Source: Patescibacteria group bacterium (GTDB lineage Bacteria; Patescibacteriota; Minisyncoccia; Minisyncoccales; RBG-13-36-15). From it: a stretch of DNA of 64,000 nt. A program made the translations under genes and the position numbers. The notes under the pieces were generated by a model. The model was given only the letters and a program-made list of their open reading frames with translations, ran no database searches and had not been told where the DNA came from. Shown here in pieces: positions 1 to 8,797 of the stretch. The stretch covers positions 74,303 through 138,302 of the forward strand of contig JACZRI010000002.1 of NCBI GenBank assembly GCA_022574775.1, given 5' to 3'. The first letter of the stretch is position 1, and each line of letters starts with the position of its first letter.

Positions 1-425
1 TCTATTCCAAAAAGTGAAATCTTTTTTTGTGCTAAAAATTCTGCGGCATCTCCGTCAAGATAAATATAGTTATCATAAAATTTCTTGAAACCTAAGAGAG
101 AGTTTTTCGTTTTTACCAAAATCCGCTCTCCTTTTTTAATATTCTCTTTTTCTAGGTCTTCAACCTTTATTGACTCTTTGACTCTAGTCATATCAAATAC
201 CCGGCACTCCCCTATGACCTTCTTCAAATCTATCTTATCAACTCCAAAACCTTTTTTGAAAACGTGCTTCGGGACATCTATGTGAGTCGCTGTATGAGAA
301 CCAAATTTAATCTCAGAATAAGTAGAAGTTTTTCCGTATATAGTTTTGATATTAACCTTAGGATTACCAGGATAAACTACGGTCTTTTCATCAATAGGCA
401 AAGAAATATCAATTATTTTTTCCAT
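1..425 (-). CDS. cyclase-family protein (kynurenine formamidase-like), 3' end outside window
   Basis: Own minus-strand translation from ATG at 425: MEKIIDISLPIDEKTVVYPGNP...FGSHTATHIDVPKHVF. HxxTHxDxPxH-type motif of the putative cyclase/arylformamidase family. ORF runs off the left edge and is not in the ORF track. Confidence 0.65.
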   Translation of the reverse strand, partial: MEKIIDISLPIDEKTVVYPGNPKVNIKTIYGKTSTYSEIKFGSHTATHIDVPKHVFKKGFGVDKIDLKKVIGECRVFDMTRVKESIKVEDLEKENIKKGERILVKTKNSLLGFKKFYDNYIYLDGDAAEFLAQKKISLFGI

Positions 426-437
426 TTTTATTATAAC

Positions 438-1856
438 TTATTTTGGTCCAGAAGAATTCTGCTTATAGATTTTCAGAGGAGAAATCCCTTTTTGCCAGCC
501 TTTTAAAATTGGGTCCACAAATTTCCAAGAGGCCATAATTTCTTTCGTGCTTGGAAATAAGGTCTGATCTCCCAAAAAAGCATCAGTCAAAAGGTGTTCG
601 TAATCCGGCAACATCCTTTCTTTCCGATAGGATTCTTGATAGAAAAAGTGGAGATCCTTTTCTTCGGTTTCCATTTTATGTCCTGGTATCTTAGAAAAAA
701 AACAAAAACTTATTCCTTCCTTTGGCTGAATTTGAAAAAGCAAAGTGTTTTTATGACGTTCTTTTTCTCCGGTTTTGCAAAAGGGACAAGGAGTGGTTTG
801 TCGAAAAGTAATTTCAATTTCAGATAAGTATTTGTTTAATTTTTTTCCACTCTCTAAAATAATAGGGACTCCTTTCCATCTGGGATTATCTAAAAAAGTT
901 TTGACCTTGAAATACGTTTCACTTTGAGAGTTTGGTTTCACTCCTTCTATTTCTTTATACCCTTGATATTGTCCTCTCACGGTATTTTTTTTAATTTCGT
1001 TTTGTGTCATTTTGGGCAAACGTTTTAAAATCTCCAGTTTCCTTTTTCTAATCTCCTCTGGGTCCAAGGTTAAAGGAGCATCCATGGTGATAAAAGCCAA
1101 CATTTGTAAAAGGTGGTTTTGTCCAACATCTCTCAAGGCCCCTAAAGAATCATAAAATAATCCTCTTTTTTCAAGTCCTGACTTTTCCAAAATCTTAATT
1201 GTGATTTTCTCAATAAAATCTTTATTCCAGAGGTTCTCAAAGACAGAATTTGCAAAACGAAAAACTAATAAATTTAAAACGGTTTCTTTTGCCAGATAAT
1301 GGTCAATCCGGAAAATTTGAATTTCTTTAAAAAGTTTTCCCAAAAGCAGGTCTAATTTTTGCGCTTTCTCTAAATCCTGGCCAAAAGGTTTTTCAACTAA
1401 CACTCGAGTCCAGCCTTCCTTTGGGCTACAGGGCTTTGTCAAGCCAGATTTAGCTAAATTCTGAAAAATCGTTTCATAATAGTTGGGTGGAACAGCCAAA
1501 TAAAACAATTTGTTGGTACAAATTCGAAATTTCCCGTCAATGTATCCTAATTTTTTTCCGAGTTCTGCATAATTCTCGATATTTTCAAAAAATCCTGGTT
1601 GATAGGAAAAATTTTGAAGAAAATCCTCAACCCTCTTTCCTTTTTTTGGCGCATTTTTTCGTAACCAAGCCCGGTATTCTTTTTGGGTCAAATTTTCTTT
1701 GGCAAAACCAATGACTCGAAACATCTTCGGTAAAACTCCAGTTTCCCACATATGCAAAATACTGGGAAGTAATTTCCTTTCCATTAAATCTCCAGTTGCG
1801 CCAAAAATTATTAAAATAGTCGGAAAATTTTCTAATTTCCTTTCATGATTTTTCAT
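438..1856 (-). CDS. zwf: glucose-6-phosphate 1-dehydrogenase
   Basis: 472-aa ORF with N-terminal NADP-binding FGATGDLMERKLLPS and the RIDHYLAKE active-site motif. Confidence 0.95.
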   Translation of the reverse strand: MKNHERKLENFPTILIIFGATGDLMERKLLPSILHMWETGVLPKMFRVIGFAKENLTQKEYRAWLRKNAPKKGKRVEDFLQNFSYQPGFFENIENYAELGKKLGYIDGKFRICTNKLFYLAVPPNYYETIFQNLAKSGLTKPCSPKEGWTRVLVEKPFGQDLEKAQKLDLLLGKLFKEIQIFRIDHYLAKETVLNLLVFRFANSVFENLWNKDFIEKITIKILEKSGLEKRGLFYDSLGALRDVGQNHLLQMLAFITMDAPLTLDPEEIRKRKLEILKRLPKMTQNEIKKNTVRGQYQGYKEIEGVKPNSQSETYFKVKTFLDNPRWKGVPIILESGKKLNKYLSEIEITFRQTTPCPFCKTGEKERHKNTLLFQIQPKEGISFCFFSKIPGHKMETEEKDLHFFYQESYRKERMLPDYEHLLTDAFLGDQTLFPSTKEIMASWKFVDPILKGWQKGISPLKIYKQNSSGPK

Positions 1857-2161
1857 GTGAAATCTTTGATTAATTTCTCAACTTGCCCGGCGAGTTTTTT
1901 TCGGTCAATCAAAACGCCTTGAGAAAATAATCTGTTATTGACCAAAATTATTGGCGCATGCCATCCTCCGCGACGCAATGAATCCCATATATGTGTAAGC
2001 CAAGATTTTATTTCGATCGTTACTGGCTTGCCTGAAAATTCTTTTTGCTTCATATCTTCTAAAATCCCGGAATTAATCTCACATTCTTTGCATTTACTTT
2101 TGATTATAATACCGAATTTACTCCCTCCCCAGAAATACATTGTAATTTGAACTGGCTTCAT
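1853..2161 (-). CDS. hypothetical small protein, stop overlaps zwf start
   Basis: 102-aa ORF with a 4-nt overlap with zwf. Contains CKEC; no family recognised. Confidence 0.45.
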   Translation of the reverse strand: MKPVQITMYFWGGSKFGIIIKSKCKECEINSGILEDMKQKEFSGKPVTIEIKSWLTHIWDSLRRGGWHAPIILVNNRLFSQGVLIDRKKLAGQVEKLIKDFT

Positions 2162-2199
2162 AGAATTAATTTTATTTTCTGTCGTGTCCTCACAACTTT

Positions 2200-3291
2200 C
2201 TAACCGAAAGTAAAAGTAAAGGCGCGAAGCCCTGGTGAAAAAATCATGATCTCTAATGTATGCCAGTCGTACGTGTTACCGGTATCAACAAAATTATAGA
2301 GTTTGGAGTTCTGAACATTCACAAATGACTTTCCGTCTTTGAAAAATACATCAGCCCCTTTATTTTGATCAGTTAGATATTCCCCATCGAGTCTTACTTC
2401 CAGTTGAATCTCCAAGTTTTCTCGACTTTCAAGCACTACATTCACCTTATTGGCTTTGTAGCGAAGGATGAGTTTCCCTTCTTCACCTCCAAATTCTGCA
2501 AATTCTGGCATAATGTTCCACGTTCCTACAAAATAAAAGCGGTTTTGCGCAATGTTTTTAGGTTCTGAAAAAGTATAAGGTTCATTCGGAGGAATGTTTT
2601 TTTCTTGATTGCCAAGATTCTTGATACGCGAATAGCCTAAGTAAATTTCCGGAGTACCAATTTTTCGAAACTCCACATCAGAAGGAACCTTCCTAATTTC
2701 CGTGATTTTGTCAATCGAAAGAAGTCCGGCTTCCAAAAGAAGCTGTTGAATCGCGCTTTCGGTCTCAGCATAACGGCCCTCTCCGAAATGATGATACCGA
2801 ATATTTCCGTTTACGTCTATTAAATATTCGGCAGGCCAATATCGGTTTTGAAAAGCATTCCAGGTTTCATGATCGTTGTCCAAGGCAATAGGATATTCCA
2901 GACCATATTTGCGAACTTCTTTGACAACATTTTCTTTCTTTTTTTCAAAATTAAATTCTGGAGAATGAACGCCCAAAAGAACAAAACCACTATCTTTATA
3001 TTTTCGGTGCCATTCAGAAAGATGCGGAAAGGTGCGGATGCAGTTAATACAAGTATAGGTCCAAAAATCAACCAAAACCACTTTGCCTCTCAGCTCTTTG
3101 AGAGTCAAAGGTTCTGAATTAATCCAATCTTGAATGCCTACCAACTCGGGCGCCTCTCTTTTGATAGGCAATTTTTGGAATTGCGCAATTGGCACAATTT
3201 CTCTTAATGAAGGAAGCCTGTTTTTATTTAGATATAAAATAGCGCCGAGACCCAAAAGAAATGCGAAAAAAAGTAAAAAAATATATCTCAT
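2200..3291 (-). CDS. membrane-anchored thioredoxin-fold protein (DipZ C-terminal-domain-like)
   Basis: N-terminal TM helix, redoxin region WTYTCINCIRTFPHL (CxxC), then a long beta-rich C-terminal domain as in DipZ-type proteins. Confidence 0.75.
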   Translation of the reverse strand: MRYIFLLFFAFLLGLGAILYLNKNRLPSLREIVPIAQFQKLPIKREAPELVGIQDWINSEPLTLKELRGKVVLVDFWTYTCINCIRTFPHLSEWHRKYKDSGFVLLGVHSPEFNFEKKKENVVKEVRKYGLEYPIALDNDHETWNAFQNRYWPAEYLIDVNGNIRYHHFGEGRYAETESAIQQLLLEAGLLSIDKITEIRKVPSDVEFRKIGTPEIYLGYSRIKNLGNQEKNIPPNEPYTFSEPKNIAQNRFYFVGTWNIMPEFAEFGGEEGKLILRYKANKVNVVLESRENLEIQLEVRLDGEYLTDQNKGADVFFKDGKSFVNVQNSKLYNFVDTGNTYDWHTLEIMIFSPGLRAFTFTFG

Positions 3292-3380
3292 AAGTGGTCT
3301 CGCTCAAGGCGTTTCGCTTCGTGAAAATGTTTCGTGACCTACCCAAAATTGCGAAGCAATTTTGGAGTAAAAATTATATA

Positions 3381-4157
3381 TCAAAGATAATCTAACAATC
3401 TCTCATAATTTATAAATTTAAGAAGTTGAAACCCGTAAGAAATAAGCAAGCTGTAGTTATTCGTAAGTAAAAGTACGCCAAGAATGATAAGAAATATGCC
3501 GCCGATAGTTTCTACCCAATGTAAGTACGGAGTGATTTTCTTAATAGAGGTAGCAGCTGCGCCTACGCCTAAAGCGATGAGTAAGAATGGCACAGCTAAA
3601 CCCATGGAAAAGACGAACAAAAGGAAACCGCCTTGAAATGCGGTGGTTGAGGTAGAAGCTAAGAGAAGAATTGCTCCAAGGATAGGACCTACGCAAGGGG
3701 TCCACCCAAAAGCAAAAGCTGACCCGAGTAAGGCTGAACTAAAAGGATTTCCGCTCTTGATAGGGAAAGGCAGTCTGAATTTCCTTTCCTTGCTAAGCGC
3801 TGAAGTAAGAAAAGGGATCTTAAGCGCTCGAAGCATAAAGAGGCCAAAGAATATCACAAATATACCCCCAATACGGGTAAGCCAGATTCTCCAAGGAGCA
3901 AGTGCTTGACCGAGAAGACCCGCAAGTGTGCCAAACAAGACAAAAATAATCGTAACTCCCACCATAAAAAACAAACCGTTCAAGAAAATCTTCTTGCGCG
4001 CACTTCTTACTTTTGTAGGATCTCTAAGTTCTTCAGCAGAAGTCCCACTGATAAAACCTAAATAAGCCGGCACAAGGGGAAGAGTACAGGGAGCTAAAAA
4101 TGTAATAATTCCTGCAATAAAAGCTGGAATAATAAGGGTAATAATTTCTGGTGTCAT
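3381..4157 (-). CDS. ccdA: cytochrome c biogenesis / thiol-disulfide transfer membrane protein CcdA (DsbD family)
   Basis: Polytopic membrane ORF with FLAPCTLPLVPAYLGF and WTPCVGPILG, the two conserved Cys motifs of CcdA/DsbD. Confidence 0.9.
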   Translation of the reverse strand: MTPEIITLIIPAFIAGIITFLAPCTLPLVPAYLGFISGTSAEELRDPTKVRSARKKIFLNGLFFMVGVTIIFVLFGTLAGLLGQALAPWRIWLTRIGGIFVIFFGLFMLRALKIPFLTSALSKERKFRLPFPIKSGNPFSSALLGSAFAFGWTPCVGPILGAILLLASTSTTAFQGGFLLFVFSMGLAVPFLLIALGVGAAATSIKKITPYLHWVETIGGIFLIILGVLLLTNNYSLLISYGFQLLKFINYERLLDYL

Positions 4158-4675
4158 AATGCAAAAAGTTGTTGTACTTTAGCCTTCATCTCATCAATTG
4201 TCATGGGACCACGCTTATGCAAAATAATATTGCCTTCCCCATCCACAAAAATTGTTTCAGGCATGGAAAACCCTCCTATGGAACGATAAAAAGAATCTCT
4301 GGGGTCAAGAAGAAAAATAAATTTGTCTGTTACGCCAAGCTCATCGGTGTATTGTTTTACCTTGCTTAAAGGTTCTGCGCGGTCAATTGCGATAATTACG
4401 ATTTTATCTCCAAATTCCTGTTGGAGTTTTGCAAAATCTTCAAGCTCCTTAACACAGAATGGACACCAAACGGCCCAGGAATTGACAATAATGGGTTTGC
4501 CTTGAAAATCGGCAAGACTCACCGTATTCCCATTATAATCTTCCAAGCTAAAATCAGGCGCTTTATTTCCTTGAGCTGGTCCAGTACTTTGCTTCTGGTC
4601 CCCGCCAAAAATTATAAAGAGGATAATAATAGAGGCAAGAATAATAATTCCTGCAACTACAAAGATTTTATTCAT
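4154..4675 (-). CDS. TlpA/ResA-family thiol:disulfide oxidoreductase
   Basis: Signal anchor plus thioredoxin fold with WAVWCPFCVKE. Overlaps the ccdA start by 4 nt. Confidence 0.85.
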   Translation of the reverse strand: MNKIFVVAGIIILASIIILFIIFGGDQKQSTGPAQGNKAPDFSLEDYNGNTVSLADFQGKPIIVNSWAVWCPFCVKELEDFAKLQQEFGDKIVIIAIDRAEPLSKVKQYTDELGVTDKFIFLLDPRDSFYRSIGGFSMPETIFVDGEGNIILHKRGPMTIDEMKAKVQQLFAL

Positions 4676-4759
4676 AATCTTATATAAAGCCTTTTATTTG
4701 TACAATTCCGTATCGGGATGCACCGCCCGCTCACAAAGCGAGTGAGGCTCGCCTATCGT

Positions 4760-5827
4760 TTATTTGTAAAGTTCTGTTTGTGGATAGGCGGCCGTCCAAC
4801 TAAACCAGAATGACGAAAAAGGATTGATACGCTCTTCTTGACCATCTGGCAATCTTTTAAACACTCTCACTACATCAAGTTCTCTATCATGCCGCAAGAT
4901 AATAGTGGTGCCTTGAAAAACATCCTCCACCATACCTTTTTCTTTTACTGCATCAACATGATATGCCTTAGCTTTTTCGTTAATCACAATCCCGAAGACA
5001 AACGCATCGTTTGGCAATCGAGTATCAGTAGGCTTTGCGAGCGAAAGCGCCAAGTTTGTGGTTGAAAAATAGTCTCCGTAGGGACTGGAGCCATAAAAGC
5101 GAACGGCTCCAGTGTCTTTTGAGAGAACTTTGCCATCTGGGTGTAAGTTCTTCCAATTGCCATAACGAACCTGATCAGACGGTAATACTTTGAGTTTTGT
5201 TCCAGTCATTTCTCCAACTGCGGCTTCCCCTAAAATTTGTGGCCAAAGGCTATCTGTCTTTCTATCATACATCACTAAATTTGACTTCCAAAGCTTTCCT
5301 GAAGTTCCAAACTCAACTCTCTCGCCTTTCACCAAAGGATCAAACACATATCCGGTGAGACAAAGAGGACAATACGTCACCAAAATTCGCTCTCCCTCAA
5401 CAATATCATTTACAATCTCGTGCCACACGATAATCTGGTAGGGATAAAAACGGTGCGTATTTCCTCTAAAAAAAGCAACACCTGGCTCCTCGTCTTTGAG
5501 CCACTGATTTGCTTCTCCAATAGAAATGAATTTTGGATTATCAATAGAAGGAATGCCGTCTTTTGGAGGCCCTCCACTAATAATCTCTTCTAATGGAATG
5601 CTGTGTTTAACTCCGTCAGTTACCATGATTTCTTTTTCGATTAGCACAATTTCTTTTTCGCCCTCTTCGGTGATAATTTCTTCTTCTATGATAATTATTT
5701 CTTCTTTTGATTCTCCCTTTGGCAAGTTAAACCGCTCCCCTCCAAATCTCTGAAAAAGCAAAAATCCAAGTCCCGCAAGAATTAAAATTAAAATAATAGT
5801 ACTAAAAATCTTCATTTGAATTTTCAT
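4760..5827 (-). CDS. DUF3179-domain protein
   Basis: N-terminal TM and DGIPSIDNPKF ... TYCPLC motifs typical of DUF3179. The track start at 5839 is GTG. I prefer ATG at 5827, which forms an ATGA overlap with the upstream reading frame. Confidence 0.75.
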   Translation of the reverse strand: MKIQMKIFSTIILILILAGLGFLLFQRFGGERFNLPKGESKEEIIIIEEEIITEEGEKEIVLIEKEIMVTDGVKHSIPLEEIISGGPPKDGIPSIDNPKFISIGEANQWLKDEEPGVAFFRGNTHRFYPYQIIVWHEIVNDIVEGERILVTYCPLCLTGYVFDPLVKGERVEFGTSGKLWKSNLVMYDRKTDSLWPQILGEAAVGEMTGTKLKVLPSDQVRYGNWKNLHPDGKVLSKDTGAVRFYGSSPYGDYFSTTNLALSLAKPTDTRLPNDAFVFGIVINEKAKAYHVDAVKEKGMVEDVFQGTTIILRHDRELDVVRVFKRLPDGQEERINPFSSFWFSWTAAYPQTELYK

Positions 5828-6206
5828 TTTTTTGCCCACTGCTTTAATCTCGCATAATCTCCTTCACCACAGACCCCCGGTACTATCCCGACAAAATTCG
5901 GGAAGTACGGGGCAGTATATGAATCTCCAAACAAGTAACCCATTATCTATGCTCGTCCCATACCATCCTAAACGACAGTAAAGGATTGGTTCAGGGTAAC
6001 ATCTTCGGTTTCGGTATTAAAGAAAAATGGCACTCCCATACATCTCCCTTCAGCATATTCTCTCATTGTCCGGGCATTTTCTTCATTATTTCAGACTTCG
6101 TATTTTTCAACTTTCACCCCTTCCTTTTTCTCTAACTTCTTCACTAAAGATGCGTTTTGAAACAATGGGGACAGGTTTCCCCGTAAAATTCAAGTAAATA
6201 AGACAT
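5824..6206 (-). pseudogene. degraded small thioredoxin/glutaredoxin-like gene (CPHC) with hairpin insertion
   Basis: Own translation: MSYLLEFYGETCPHCFKTHL*. A shifted frame continues SLVKKLEKKEGVKVEKYEV*NNEENARTMREYAEGRCMGVPFFFNTETEDV, then about 130 nt with two TAG codons, then GVCGEGDYARLKQWAKK*. Total length 383 nt is not a multiple of 3. Confidence 0.6.
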
Positions 6207-6218
6207 GCTAAACTGCAA

Positions 6219-6246
6219 AGAGTGAGATTTAAATCTCACTCTTTGT
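6219..6246 (-). terminator. hairpin downstream of the Cys-rich sORF
   Basis: Inverted repeat AAAGAGTGAGAT-TTAA-ATCTCACTCTTT. The flanking T-run is weak. Confidence 0.4.
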
Positions 6247-6251
6247 AAAAT

Positions 6252-6401
6252 TTAAGCTTCGCAACACTCTTTTGCGTATTTAGTAGAACCACATGTACAA
6301 ACTTTTTCTCGAGACTGCCCACAACATGTTCCCCCTCCTTCATCTTCAGGAGATGTACTAGCACAGCTTTTACATTTATATTGATTTTTTTCTTCTGCCA
6401 T
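6252..6401 (-). CDS. 49-aa cysteine-rich small protein (putative metal-binding)
   Basis: Own translation: MAEEKNQYKCKSCASTSPEDEGGGTCCGQSREKVCTCGSTKYAKECCEA (8 Cys). Below the ORF-track size cutoff, lies directly downstream of the ArsR gene, and a hairpin follows the stop. Confidence 0.5.
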   Translation of the reverse strand: MAEEKNQYKCKSCASTSPEDEGGGTCCGQSREKVCTCGSTKYAKECCEA

Positions 6402-6475
6402 AAATGTTTAAAAATTTAAATATGTTTTGTATTTTTCGACCTTTACCAATTATATGCCAAAATTATATGCTCGGT

Positions 6476-6781
6476 TTACTTTACCAATTTTCTACTTTTT
6501 TCCGTAAGAGAGTAACATACCATTTTCCCTTTCTTCGTTCTTCTTATCAAACCAGCATTTCCCAGCATCTTTACCTGATGGGAAACAGCGCTTATACTAA
6601 TATTCAAAATTTGGGAAATATCGGTAGGACATAATGTTTTATGATTTTTTAGCAGAAAGATAATTTTCAGGCGGGTAGGATCAGAGCAAAGATAATAAAA
6701 ATTACATTTTTCTCCAATTTTCCGAGAAATTTTTGTTAACTTACCCTTGCTATCTTTAATTTCCTTTTTATTCAACAACAC
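6476..6781 (-). CDS. ArsR/SmtB-family transcriptional regulator
   Basis: 101-aa winged-HTH ORF: LCPTDISQILNISISAVSHQVKMLGNAGLIRRTKKGKMVCYSL. Confidence 0.85.
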   Translation of the reverse strand: MLLNKKEIKDSKGKLTKISRKIGEKCNFYYLCSDPTRLKIIFLLKNHKTLCPTDISQILNISISAVSHQVKMLGNAGLIRRTKKGKMVCYSLTEKSRKLVK

Positions 6782-6901
6782 TATTTTTCTTAATTGCTTT
6801 GCAATTACAGCGAGTAAAGCGAATGATTAAATACTTGCTCAACTATTCAAATGTTATCAGATGGAAAAACCTTTGTCAAGAGAAAGACTGTGGAAAACTT
6901 A

Positions 6902-6936
6902 CTCTAAATAAAAACGGGGTTTGCCAAAAATCCCGT
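6902..6936 (-). terminator. rho-independent terminator candidate downstream of the VKOR operon
   Basis: Minus strand reads ACGGGA-loop-CCCCGT followed by TTTTATTT. Confidence 0.5.
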
Positions 6937-7143
6937 ATGATTTAACTTCGGCTTTAAAATATTTCTTATTACACTACTTCCCTTCTTGAGGAATATCTCT
7001 CACTGCGTGTTTTTTTATCTCCAGATTACAGCTCTTGTGTTCTCTCACCAAGCCTCCGGTGTTTTAAAAATAAGAATGCCAATCCATAAGAAGGTAATAG
7101 CTAAGCCGACTCTTAACATGTGGAAAAATGAAGATTTCGTAAT

Positions 7144-7557
7144 TCAAAGAATTAATTCAGTGGCCAATACAATAATTCCCATAATAAAAACAGTGAGAGC
7201 TGACAGTACGCACCAAAAACACCAGGTTTTGATAACTCGCCATTGAAGATAAATTAAAATGATTGACATCACCACTCCTAACGTAATCAGAATCTTTATC
7301 GATATATCCCAAAAGATTATAGGTTCAATCCCGATCACCAAAAACGCAGTTAGAAAAGAAATGGCAATGTAAAACGCCAATCCTAAAACCTCATTATGAA
7401 TGCCGAAAAATCTATTGTATTTACTTTCCAACACCTTATAACACTCTCCCCCAAAAATACAGACGGGTTCTTCTTTTGCTATTCTTTTACGAATTAAATA
7501 AACTGTCTCTGCAATACCGATAGCAGCGAGCATAAAAAGAAGTACATGCGACGTCAT
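7144..7557 (-). CDS. vitamin K epoxide reductase (VKOR) family protein
   Basis: Four-TM ORF with a loop Cys pair (CIFGGEC) and CFWC in the last helix, as in bacterial VKOR homologues. Confidence 0.8.
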   Translation of the reverse strand: MTSHVLLFMLAAIGIAETVYLIRKRIAKEEPVCIFGGECYKVLESKYNRFFGIHNEVLGLAFYIAISFLTAFLVIGIEPIIFWDISIKILITLGVVMSIILIYLQWRVIKTWCFWCVLSALTVFIMGIIVLATELIL

Positions 7558-7778
7558 AAGGTGTTACGATTATCGCTCTTGCGCTGATGAATGAGAGTAC
7601 CAACGCCAAAGGCAATGGAAACAAGCAGTAATGCTACTGCGTCATCGTAAGCATGTTCCGGGGTATTGCCCAGAAAAATACTACCCGTTGCAAGGCCGAA
7701 CCAGAAACTAAAGAGTGCCAGCACACCAAGAATACCAGCAATAGCCGCAATAGCGTGTAAAATTGGTGACCATTTCAT
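7554..7778 (-). CDS. small two-TM membrane protein
   Basis: 74-aa hydrophobic ORF, 4-nt overlap with the VKOR start, visibly higher GC. Confidence 0.5.
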   Translation of the reverse strand: MKWSPILHAIAAIAGILGVLALFSFWFGLATGSIFLGNTPEHAYDDAVALLLVSIAFGVGTLIHQRKSDNRNTL

Positions 7779-7824
7779 GGATAGATAATATTGATTTATA
7801 GATTTTGAGTTGACCTTTTTTTGC

Positions 7825-8649
7825 TTATTCCACTTTCAAACTCCCTTCCATGCCTCCCTCTCGATGCCCGGGAACTGCGCAGTAATACTTAAAAGTACCT
7901 GATTCGGTTGGGGTAAATTCAACTGTTGCAGAGCTTCCTTGAAGTGGAACGTTCACGCCAAGTTCATCAATCGTAAAAGTATGCGTTCCGCTGTTGCTGA
8001 AAACAATCTTTACAGGCTGATCCTTTATCAGAATAAGATCTTTTGGATTAAAGAACAAATTGCCTGAAACCATACTAATTTCTTTTATTGATGAAGCTGT
8101 TTTCTCAATAAAATTACGAATTTTCTGCTCATTAAAGCTATCTAAAATTTCTCGTTTGCCGAGCCTGGTTAAAATAATTTTGCCATCATAGTTATTTGGC
8201 GCAAGATACACATTTTTTGGATATTGTTTTACTAAATCGGTTAATCTTTCTACTAAATCTGTCTCGCAATCAAATTTATCACAGTTGTACTGGATGATAA
8301 TTCCGGGCTTCCCACCGCCATCGGCATGCTCAAGCATATGTTGCTGAATATTTTCTGGTATTCGTTTATCCAAGATATGGCTTGGCGGAGATTGTTCGAT
8401 ATGGCCCTGCATTGTCATGGGCGGTAGATTGGAACGGTTTGCAATAAACCAACCGAATAGTCCAATTACTCCAACGCCAATAAAGATATAAAAAAAATAC
8501 CGGCTGATTTTTTTCGGCGCTTCACTTAATTTTTCTTTTCTTCTTTCTCCTTTCTTTGTTTCTTCTCTCTGTTTCTTTTCCAAATCGTATAATTCTTTCC
8601 CACTCAGCTTTTGTTCAACTGATTTTTTATTTTGTTTCAACTCTTCCAT
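7825..8649 (-). CDS. membrane-anchored DUF3105-like / cupredoxin fusion protein
   Basis: TM anchor, a central HMLEHADGG...IIQYNCDKFDC region (DUF3105-like), and a C-terminal plastocyanin-like copper site YYCAVPGHREGGMEG. Confidence 0.7.
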   Translation of the reverse strand: MEELKQNKKSVEQKLSGKELYDLEKKQREETKKGERRKEKLSEAPKKISRYFFYIFIGVGVIGLFGWFIANRSNLPPMTMQGHIEQSPPSHILDKRIPENIQQHMLEHADGGGKPGIIIQYNCDKFDCETDLVERLTDLVKQYPKNVYLAPNNYDGKIILTRLGKREILDSFNEQKIRNFIEKTASSIKEISMVSGNLFFNPKDLILIKDQPVKIVFSNSGTHTFTIDELGVNVPLQGSSATVEFTPTESGTFKYYCAVPGHREGGMEGSLKVE

Positions 8650-8797
8650 AAAATTTAATACTAAACCACATGGAGAAAAATCATCAAAAGGAAAAAAAGA
8701 TGGTCAAACAAACCTATCCCAGAATACGCTGAAAACCTCCTAAAAACCTTTTTCCCTTCCATGATTATTCTTATCTTTAAAAAAAGATTTCCTCTTT

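Noticed and set aside
5824-7143. Possible alternative genetic code (UGA read as Trp or Gly). Two small ORFs have in-frame TGA where Trp would fit: KYEV*NNEEN in the redoxin remnant, and MLRVGLAITFLWIGILIFKTPEAW*EN at about 7030-7110.
   Set aside because: Long housekeeping ORFs (uvrA, groEL, dnaG, pilB) are uninterrupted under the standard code and use TGG for Trp throughout. TGA also serves as a genuine stop, for example in htpX and in the ATGA overlaps. The two cases are better explained as decayed genes.
8650-8797. 33-codon minus-strand ORF (MEGKKVFRRFSAYSGIGLFDHLFFLLMIFLHVV) between the DsbA-like and cupredoxin genes.
   Set aside because: It has no SD-like sequence and no recognisable family, and the region is AT-rich where such ORFs arise by chance.
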